Source: Phoronis australis (Eukaryota > Animalia > Phoronida). From it: a stretch of 64,000 bases of DNA. The notes beneath the pieces were generated by a model. That model saw only the letters and a program-made list of their open reading frames with translations. It was not told the DNA's origin and searched no databases. A program made the position numbers and the translations under genes. The first letter of the stretch is position 1, and each line of letters opens with the position of its first letter. The DNA lies in the NCBI GenBank assembly GCA_002633005.1, contig NMRA01000080.1:35985-99984 (forward strand), in the 5' to 3' direction. Below, in pieces: positions 41,501-50,682 of this stretch.

Positions 41501-44500
41501 TCTGGCGATTTTACGAAGATGATGAAAATAGTCGATGCTGTTGGGAACACACCGTCTACTCTTGCTATTCTCGACCCCATTGATTATTCTAATTTGAATC
41601 TTGTTCTTGTGGCTGGTGAACCGTGTTCGTCAGCAATGGTGAAAGTCTGGGGCAAAAGTGTAGTTCTAGTAAATGGCTACGGACCGACAGAATGCAGCGT
41701 AATGTCTCACAATAGTCGACTGTTGCCAGATAAACGAGTTTCAGTTGGCAAGCCTGTGCCAAATACCAAAAGCTACATTCTAGACGGCTATCAGCGTCCT
41801 GTTCCACCTAATATGACAGGTGAGCTTTATTTAGGCGGAGTTAACGTTGGACGAGGTTACCATAACAGACCGGATTTGACAGAAAACGCCTTTTTGGAAA
41901 ACCCCTTTGATACTGGACGAATGTATAAAACTGGTGACTTGGCAAGATGGTTGGAAAACGGGGAAGTCCAAATCATTGGGCGAATTGATCATCAAATCAA
42001 AATACGAGGCAAACGTGTAGAACTCGAAGAAATCAGGTCTGCTATTGAATGTCTTCCGGGTGTAACACAAGCACACGTCCTTGTTCAAGACAAACATTAC
42101 ATCGTTGCGTATGTCATGACTTCTGCTTCACTGAATCAATCCAATCTTCTTTCATATTTAAAGAAGAAACTTCCAGGTTTTATGGTACCGACGGCAATAT
42201 TTTTCATGGAAAATTTTCCACTTACAGCAAACAAAAAGATTGACCAAAAATCTTTACCAAAATTTGAGCCCCAAACAACGCATTATAAGGGTGCAACTCC
42301 GTCTAATAATTTTGAAAAAATGATTCTCAACGGTTATAGAGAGGTTGTTGACCCAGGTTTTAACATGGAGGATGATTTCTTTGACTTTGGAGGGCACTCC
42401 CTTTCAGCAATACGACTAAAATCGCTGCTTGCAGAAAATACAGGAATAGACATTTCCATGGTCGATGTTATGCAATTCACCACGCCGGCTGACCTCTCCG
42501 CAGAACTAAGCAACAGAATGCTGTTTCCAAAAAAGAAGCAACAAACGGCATTCATCATTCCAAAAACTTGTCCAATCGACGCTGAGAAGATAATTACGGC
42601 CAAAGCATCCTGTCGACAAGAACAAATGTGTTTATTGTATGAACTAATTCCAAGTAGTCCAGTGTACAATGTTACTGTTATCCTCGCATGTCATGGATTA
42701 CTAAAAGTGGATATTCTGACAAAAGCTCTTAGACAGATAACGACAATGCATGCTTCGTTCCGCACCTCGTTTACGAGGTCTGCTGACAATTCTTTTTATC
42801 AAACAATAACACCCGAAAAAGACTACGATCTAGACTTCAGCTACTTTGACTACGCAGGACAATCGGATAGTAGTCAACAGAAAGCACGTGAACTGCTGTA
42901 TAAAGAAGCTGCAAAACCGTTCGATCTTTATTCTATTCCACTGGCCAGGTTTGTACTGGTCAAACTATCAAAGGAAGTTCATCATTTGGGAATATTTATG
43001 CACCACGCCGTCACTGACGGAGCCTCAATTAAGATAATTATTGAACAGTTGGGTGAATGCTATTCTTCGTTACTGAATAATTATCAGTTAAATATTCCGC
43101 CACAAAGATTAAACTACATCGATTACAGCAATTGGGAGAGGAAGCTACTAGATGGTGGCGAAATGGAGAGACAACTAGAGTTTTGGAAAAACAATTTAGA
43201 CAATGTAGCCACTATTATGGATTTGCCGCGAGATCGTTCACGCCCCGCCATTCCATCGTATCGAGGCGCAACGGTCTTCTTTGATATTCCAGAACTTGTT
43301 TCAGAAAAATTGATGAAAACTGCCCTTGAATGTGGGGCAACACTTTTCACATCTCTGGTATCTACGTTTGCATTACTCATTCGAGTGTATTGTCAAGCTG
43401 ACGACGTAGTTGTGGGTGCCTTCTTCTCTGGAAGGCACAACCCCGGTGTTGAAAGTCTAGTAGGTTACTTCGTGAACACTCTTCCTGTAAGAGTTCAGTT
43501 CGAGGAAAATACCACATTCAAAACCCTTTTGAAATATGTGAGGAATTTGATGCTTGACGTTCTTGATAACCAGGATGTTCCATTTCAGAAGATCCTAGAA
43601 TGCTTGAATGTGCCACGTGATACTTCTTATCACCCCATCATTCAAGCAGCAACTGTTCTTCAAGAAGGTTTTGCAAACATGCACTTTGACGATGGACTTT
43701 CTATCGACGTTCAGACCTTCGAGCAATTCACTGCAAAGTTTGACTTGAACTTGGAGTTTGTGAGACAAGAGAGTGGAAAGTTGAGTGGCCATTTCGTATA
43801 CAACACTGATATATTCAACCGTTCTACCATACAAAGAATGAGCCACAATTTGTTACACTTGTTTGAAGTGCTAACAACAAACCAAGACGCGCCTTTTAGC
43901 TCTTTAGACTTGCTACCACCATGTCAATCAGCCCTTATTAAGTCGTTTAACAGGACGGGAGATTTTTGCAAGCTTCGCATGCACCAGCAATTTGAACAAC
44001 AAGCAGAGCTTGTACCAGACAGTATTGCAGTTGAAGAAATTGACAGGCACATAACGTACAGAAGCTTAAACGCAGCTTGTAACAAATTGGCACGGAAATT
44101 GCGTTCTTTTGGGATCGTTCCAGACGCCGTCGTCGGCGCTGTATGTGAGAGAAATTTAGAATTCGTTGCCTCTGTCTTAGGAATTATGAAATCTGGCGGC
44201 GCTTTTCTTTCAATTGAAGCGACTCTTCCGAAAAGTCGTATCGATTTGATGCTCGAGGACGCCGGTTGTAAAGTCATTGTTACCACAAGCAAAGTTAAAT
44301 CAACAGGGGTTCTCGATTCCTTTCTGGGGGAAATTGTGCTGGTTGATTTAGAAAAGTACACTACACGCTATGAAAATGATGCATTTGATGATAATGACTA
44401 CGCCAATTTGGAAAACGTTTCCGATTCAAGACATCTGGCATATATTGTATACACGTCAGGAACAACAGGAAAACCGAAAGGGATTATGATTAATCATTGG

Positions 44501-47500
44501 GGCTGTGAGTGTGTGGTTGCTCGATCATGTAAAGAGTACGGTATCACACATGGAACAAGAGTAACACAATTTTTCCACATAATGTTTGATATAGCTTATC
44601 AAGAGATGCTAATGACTTTAACCAGTGGAGCGACACTGGTCCAGCGAGAAAAGAACTTCCTTAATACTTTGAAGAAAGTTGACGTAGCGTTGATGTCGCC
44701 ATCTGTTCTGGCTTCTCTGGAACCTAGTGATTTTCCAAATATTAAAACGGTTGCTGTTGTTGGCGAAATACTCCCAGAGTCTGTAGTCAATAAGTGGGAG
44801 AAACACGTAGAGCTCTACAATGAATATGGTCCGTCAGAAATAACGATTGTTTGTACTTGGGGGTTGACAAATGGAAACCCCCAAGTTACTGTTGGAAAAC
44901 CTATTACCAACTGTTCAGTGCACATTTTAGATAACAACTTAAGGCCAGTCCCTATCGGAGTGAAAGGTACAATGTACCTTGGAGGAACTGGGGTTGCTAG
45001 AGGATATGTAAAGCGGCCGGAATTGACACAACAGAAATTCATCAATAACCCCTTTGGCGAGGGAAAACTTTATAATTCGGGTGATTTAGGTTCTTGGACT
45101 GAAAATGGAGAAATTATAGTAGCAGGTCGCAAAGATAGGCAAGTTAAATTAAGAGCTTTCCGTGTAGAACTCGATGAAGTCGAGCATGTTATGAGGATGC
45201 AGGATGGAATTTCAAACGCAGCATCTGTAGTGAAAAATGACGTTCTTGTGGGATACGTAACACCAGACATAGGAAGTGCTGGTGTTTTTCAACTGAAGAA
45301 AAATCTACAAGACACACTCCCTCTCTATATGGTTCCATCAGTGATAGTTCCTTTATCAGAATTTCCTATGTCAAGTTCAGAAAAAATTGACTACAAAAAC
45401 TTGCCTGAACCCAATGTTGGTGACATCGAGATATTGACTAAAAAAGAAGAAATTTTGATCCAAATATGGAGTGAAATTCTACAAATCGATCCATCAAAAA
45501 TCAAAGTAAGTGACTCATTTTTTTTCCTGGGTGGTGATTCTATTTCTGCCATGAGGGTATTTTCTGAGGGAAAAAAGCGCAGACTTCGTTTCACAGTACA
45601 ACAAGTATTCCAGTCCAGAAGTTTGTCTCAACTTGCACACTTGGCAAAGTTTGTCAGTGAAAAGAAATCTGCCATGAAGGACAACAACAAGGAGATATCG
45701 GGCAATGTGCCCTTCACCCCTATTCAAGAATGGTTTCTCCACTTAAACCTTCGTAACCGCAATTGCTTCAACCAGTCGCTACTGCTCAGACCATTGCTAA
45801 ACATGAACCCAACAATCCTCCAAAATGCCATTCATGAACTTATCTCCCATCACGATATTTTGCGAGCTTCCTTCACTTTTAAAGAAGGTGGGAATGCGAC
45901 TCAGGAAATCCAACCATGTGACAAAGCTCTAACACCAAAGTTGATTCACAAGAAAATTGATGAAGACCGACTGGATGGTGAACTGGGAAAACTTCAGAAT
46001 TCTTTGGATTTAAAATCTGGTCCGCTTCTGGCTATTGGTCTATTTGATATTGTTGGCCAGCGGCAGTATCTGTTCATAACTATCCATCACTTGGTTGTGG
46101 ACCTTGTTTCTTGGCAAACCATCCTGGAAGATCTCGAAACATTATGTCGCGGAAACTCCCTGCAACCAAAAACTTCTTCATTCAAAGAATGGTCAGAGCT
46201 TCTGATTTCCGAATATTCTCCTAGCCTCAATGCAGATGATTGGCCAGAATTGGAACAAAGCAGTCCCTTAAAATTTGACTTTTCGAAAAACATGGAAAGC
46301 ATCGAAAGCGAAAGTCGTATGCTTGAATCAATAGAGCTAGACAAAAATACAACAAGCAAATTACTTAGTCTTAGAGGGACTCAAGGATTCGACAGCACTT
46401 CGATGAACGACGTTCTTTTGACTGCTCTAATTGTGGCTTACTATGAGAGAACTGGTGAAACATCATTGACTGTCGATCAAGAATGGCACGGGAGAGCACC
46501 TTGGACTGACAAAATCGATCTTTCTCGAACTGTCGGTTGGTTCACTGCTATGTTTCCTGTTACACTGGCTTTGAAAAAAGGCACAGATAACCTACTGGAA
46601 CACCTTGAAGAAATAAAGCGACGAATCAAAAGAATTCCTAATAACGGTATGCCGTACGGGGTTATGAGGTACTTGAAAAAGGACAACGATCCAAGGTTTT
46701 ACCAACACAGTGACGTTGTTTTCAATTACCACGGGAGTGCCACGATGTTTTCTAAAGAGAATAGCTTGTGGGATGTTTGCAAAAACGGTGACTACACTTA
46801 CAACAATCAGTGTAAATACGAAAAGATCACTCACATGTTGGCTATTGAGTGTTATATTTCTGATGGATGCCTTCACGCCTTCTTCGTTTTTAGCAAAGAC
46901 CTTCATAAGCCTAAAACCATTCAGTTATTGGCACAATCGTGGAAGAAAGCAACAGAGAACATCGTGGAGTCACTTCAGCTATGTTGCACAATTTCTGATA
47001 TGCCTTCGAAAACTGATGAAAACAAAGTGAAGACAATGGAAAATGCATTGAAAGCAGCGCATATCAGTTTGGACGACGTGGAAGATATTTATGCGTGTAC
47101 ACCTCTACAAGAAGGATTAATATTCTCTCTACTTCAAAACAAGTCGTCCTATTTAGTGCAGTTATGTTTAAACATAACAGGAAGGCTTGATGTTGAAAGA
47201 TTCAAACATGCCTGGAGTATCGTTATTAAACGTCACACAGCTTTGCGAACGAGCTTTATTATTGATTCCGGAAGCCATTCTTTGATTCAAATAGTAAGAC
47301 GCCAGTCTGATCCTCAATGGGAAGTGGGATCCTGGATTGAATCTGAAGAAACGGAGAGTGGTTTTGTAAACTTAGACAGGGCGAAGGGATTCAGTGCAAA
47401 CGGAATTCTAATTAGATTTGCTCTACTGAAAACAAGCGAGTGCAGCCACAAGTTTATTTGGACCTTCCATCATTCGGTTGTTGACGGATGGTCTTCTCCG

Positions 47501-50500
47501 CTCGTCCTCAGAGACGTTTTGAAAGTTTATCATGCTCACGATCTTCCACCCGCCCCTTCATTTCGTCTGTTTGTGGAAAATTGCAAATCTCGTGACATGT
47601 CCGCTGCAAAAACTTTCTGGTCACAGTACTTGTCAAATCTGAAACCAAAGCGTATCTTGACTTTGTCGACAATTCAAGAATCCTCTGAATGTGGCAAAAA
47701 GCAGGTGTTGCGCACATTTTCTACAAAGTTGGAAGATCTGAAACAATTTGCAAGGGAAAACAGTTTAACGACGACCTCTGTTATGTATGGCGCATGGGCA
47801 TTAGTTTTGGATCGGTATTGCAGTAGCCCCAGGAAAGACGTAGTCGTGGCCGTTGTCGTCGCATCGCGAAGTGCTGACATTGAAGGAGTCGAAGACGTAG
47901 TTGGTCTACTGCTCAACACCTTGCCACTTCGCATAACTTTGCCTTCTGACGAAAGAGTCACTTTTACAGATTGGCTAAAGACCATCCACGAGAATCAAGC
48001 CGCAATAATGGCTTATGATTATAGCAATTTAGCTGACATACGAAAATGGAGCGGTCTTCCAAGAGATCAGAATCTGCTTGATACTCTGGTTACATACGAA
48101 AATTATCCAGCGTTTGAAAACCTGAAAGACCAAGAAATCGATTTTTTTGACATCCATGGATACGAAGACATTGGTTTGCCTTTGGGAATGCTTTTCGGTG
48201 ACGACGGCGAATATCTCATGGCTAAGTTCATGTACGACGCAAATAGCGTTAGCGATCAATTAGCCCTCCAGATGTTGACTCACTTGAACAACCTTTTAGA
48301 TGAGATACTCCTTTCTGATAGCTCAAAACCAGTCATTCATGCCGAGATTGACATTAAATATGCTAGTGTCGCAAGTCCAGTAATTGACGACGTGACATAT
48401 TCGCTCTGCATTAAGGATCAACACAACCGATATTGTCCAAACGGCGTTATTGGGAAGTTGTATATACAAATGAATAAGGGTAATTACGTGATTTACACTG
48501 GTGTTCTTGCAGCATCACAAATAAACGGTGACATAACAGTCGTTTTGGATAACGAAGTCAACTCAATACCACAGGAACTGGACGGGATTGACGGGTTGCG
48601 AGGCTGTTTTATTTCTAAAACTAATGAAGGTGTATTTGCCTTCATTACTTCCGACTATACCATGCCCCCAGCGACATTGAAGGATATCAAATCGATACTT
48701 GGAAGGACACATGCACCATTATGTGTTCTACCAGTTGGCTTCACCGTTGTCAGTAAAAACGTTCTTAAAGAGATAACCGAAATACCGTCCGAGGTCGGAC
48801 AAACGGAATCCAAACAATCGTGGCAAGGTTACAGTGACGTCATGGAAATGTTGACAGACAAGGAATTGATTCTTCGCGACATGTGGGCAAAACTCCTGAA
48901 AATGGACTCAAGCGACATAAAACTTGACCACTCTTACTTTGATCTCGGTGGCACTTCAATATCAGCTATCAGTTTAGTATCTATGGCTGAAAAAAGCGGG
49001 CTACAATTTAGCCTGTCAGATGTAGTGCAGCTTGAAACACTTGCAGAAATAGCCGCAGTTGCCGAGTTAAAGGCGGACGAGGGCGACATGTTGGTTTGTT
49101 TAAGCAGCGGCGATACCGGCAAAAAACCTGTCATCTACATTCACGCCAGTGACGGTGGGGTATCGTCATTTTCTTACGTTGTTGGTAAGTATAGTATTCT
49201 ATAGGAAGTGCACTTTTCAACGACATTTAACGGGAAAGCCATTGGTTTAGTTAATCTTACTGAACTTTAATCTGTAATTCGTTTTGTTCAGTAAAATGAA
49301 ACATGGCGGTAACGCTTGCTCCGACACCACATTAATGTTGAATAGGCTTAGCTTTTCATGTAATTGTCAGGTGAGCAATGTATAGTACGCTATATATGTT
49401 GAGGTAACTGATGACGATATAATGCTGCTGCCTCAAAACTAGCATGCGAATTCAAGCATCTTCTCACGCGATCTAAATACATGAACAACTGGTATTTCAA
49501 GAGGTTGGCTATTTGCAATTCAAAACTGCTGTGTTTGCGGACGTGTTATACGCATCGAACACCAAGGAGCTTCATGATATATGACCCTGTTCCAACGAAT
49601 ACTTCCTGTAGAACGGTTAAAGCTTGTCACATATAGTTGATGTTCTTAATTTCACTATAAAATGCTGCACTAAGGTGCCAAAAGTTTGTTACGCCCTACT
49701 TAAAAGTTCAATTTCATGATTTGATTGGCGATCGCCGAAATTTATCGAAATGCTCTTGAACACAAATTCGTACTCCCTTTGTACACCAACTCGTATCTGT
49801 GCCTCTGTATTTGAGATATGTTATACGGGAACTGGGGACGTATGTGTGAATTTTTAATGTATTTACATGTTTTATAGGCTCTCTGAAGACGCACCCGGTG
49901 TATGCCTTCCGTTTTCTGCTTGGTAGTACACCATTCGAGTCAATTCCTCAACTTGCCTCGCTGTATGTAGAGCGAATGAAGCAGTTAGACTTCTTTTACA
50001 AGGACACTCCGTATGTTCTAGTTGGGTATTCGTCAGGCGGGGCTATAGCTTTTGAAATTGCGCTGCAGCTTCAACAGATTGACCGGAGACCGGAAACTCT
50101 AGTTATTCTTGATGGAAGTCCAGATTTAATCACAAAATCGTACACGAGAATGTTGAAGAGCTCCGAAAAGCAGATGGGGACTTATGAGAAATGGCTTCAA
50201 GACACATGGAATGAAAAAGGTCTGAACGAAGACGATTTGAAGGTTGGACTGTCGCTCTTTCGAGAAACTCTGAATATTTACGCCTCCTACGTTCCTTCCA
50301 CCATTTACGACGGAGACGTCAAACTGGTACGTGCAACTGATATACTAACAGAAGGACCGCTATCTGAAACTCTTGCTGAGCTTCAAAAACAAGAGCGCGA
50401 CTATGGCACCCAACGTTTGTGCTCTAAACCAGTGCGAGTTGTTGACGTTGATGGCGACCATTACACCATGATGAGAGACGAAAAACAGATTATAGCGAAG

Positions 50501-50515
50501 ACTGTTGTCGAATAG
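35555..50515 (+). CDS. Multimodular NRPS, two coding exons join(35555..49184,49878..50515), ~4755 aa; [half-C]-A-T-E-C-A-T-C-A-T-E-C-[A remnant]-T-TE
   Basis: Uninterrupted 4549-codon ORF with three A3 P-loops (YVIYTSGSTGRPKG, YMVYTSGTTGRPKG, YIVYTSGTTGKPKG), four carrier motifs (GGDS, GGHS, GGDS, GGTS), two E motifs (HHLVVDLVSW) and three C motifs (HHSLVDG, HHAVTDG, HHSVVDG). It splices in frame to the 49898..50515 ORF carrying GYSSG...LDG...GDH. Confidence 0.95.
35615..36200 (+). other. NRPS N-terminal region: degenerate C-terminal half of a condensation/cyclization-type domain
   Basis: FFRIS...YSTIEALVCIAYAVLIRYEG...SIVLAFASP and ...VTRFQDHFLSLV resemble the second lobe of a C domain. No HHxxxDG or DxxxxD motif is present. 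Confidence 0.5.
36272..37770 (+). other. Adenylation domain A1, cysteine-type clade; by-eye pocket code DLYDISQIWK
   Basis: SLSFDLSVYDIFG, VTIWDSAPA, LRLCILSGDRIP, SQGGATEGSIWS, YKTGDLG, TANGKVDR. The GGATE..IWS A5 variant is typical of Cys-activating domains (consensus code DLYNLSLIWK). Confidence 0.85.
37850..39410 (+). other. T1 (GGDS, Ser codon 37946-37948) followed by epimerization domain E1
   Basis: FFEIGGDSISAM; LTPAQIWFF, HHLVVDLVSW, EAHGRE, SRTVGWF, RNIPNRG, FNYYGRFD, YTPSDFPL. Confidence 0.9.
39485..42520 (+). other. Module 2: C2 (DCL-type) - A2 (by-eye code DALGLAGVMK) - T2 (GGHS)
   Basis: MYPCTPMQEG, HHSLVDG, VSGRG; FDAAVLE, NGYGPTE, YKTGDLA, TANKKID; FFDFGGHSL. Confidence 0.9.
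42600..46985 (+). other. Module 3: C3 (LCL-type) - A3 (by-eye code DIQLAVEIVK) - T3 (GGDS) - E2
   Basis: MHHAVTDG, DLPRDRSRP, VGYFVNTLPVR, QDVPF, AKFDL; FDIAYQE, NEYGPSE, YNSGDLG, SSEKID; FFFLGGDSISAM; FTPIQEWF, HHLVVDLVSW, EWHGR, SRTVGWF, KRIPNNG, FNYHG. Confidence 0.9.
47075..49075 (+). other. Module 4: C4 (DCL-type) - truncated A remnant - T4 (GGTS)
   Basis: YACTPLQEG, FHHSVVDGWS, VGLLLNTLPLR, YENYP. The remnant IKDQHNRYCPNGVIGKLYI..IYTGVL..NGDI matches only decayed A6/A7 motifs. T4 reads YFDLGGTSIS. Confidence 0.8.
49088..50515 (+). other. Terminal type I thioesterase domain split by the intron
   Basis: Exon 1 ends with KPVIYIHASDGGVSSF. Exon 2 has PYVLVGYSSGGAIAFEIA (Ser), LVILDG (Asp) and GDHYTMM (His). 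Confidence 0.9.
49185..49877 (+). other. Spliceosomal GT-AG intron, phase 1, 693 bp, inside the TE domain
   Basis: Donor G|GTAAGT at 49184/49185 and acceptor tgttttatAG|GC at 49877/49878. Joining gives G+GC=Gly and reads ...SFSYVV-G-SLKTHPVYAFRF..., in frame with the downstream ORF. Confidence 0.9.
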
Positions 50516-50682
50516 TCCGTGTAAAAAGCTATATTTCTGTTCCACTGGAACCGCTGTTGCTGTTAGGTACATAAAAATTCACAAGGGAGCCCTATATATA
50601 ATTATATATATTCATCTGAGAAACGAACTGTTAAACCATGTTGCGTAAGAATGTTTAGCACGGACATGATTTCGCGCTTTTG

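Noticed and set aside
36871-49134. Many 60-145 aa antisense or alternate-frame ORFs inside the NRPS
   Set aside because: These are shadow ORFs of a long coding exon with no recognisable motifs.
35555-49204. Bacterial or symbiont contaminant contig
   Set aside because: The gene has a spliceosomal intron and an acceptor before the ATG, no operon neighbours or RBS, and continuous flanks of animal-type transposons. Read-level confirmation is still needed.
49361-49376. cag|gtgag recursive-splice-like motif inside the NRPS intron
   Set aside because: The polypyrimidine tract is weak and the intron is only 693 bp, so it is likely chance.
49898-50515. 205-aa ORF as a stand-alone type II thioesterase gene
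   Set aside because: It has only a GTG start and lacks the N-terminal TE strands, which are at the end of the long ORF. Perfect in-frame splice sites join the two.
35555-50515. ACV synthetase (pcbAB) or Ebony/nemamide orthologue
   Set aside because: ACVS is A-T-C-A-T-C-A-T-E-TE with Cys in module 2 and one E. This gene has two E domains, a Cys-like A in module 1 and an extra C-T. It has no PKS domains or Ebony-type C-terminus. No gene symbol was assigned.
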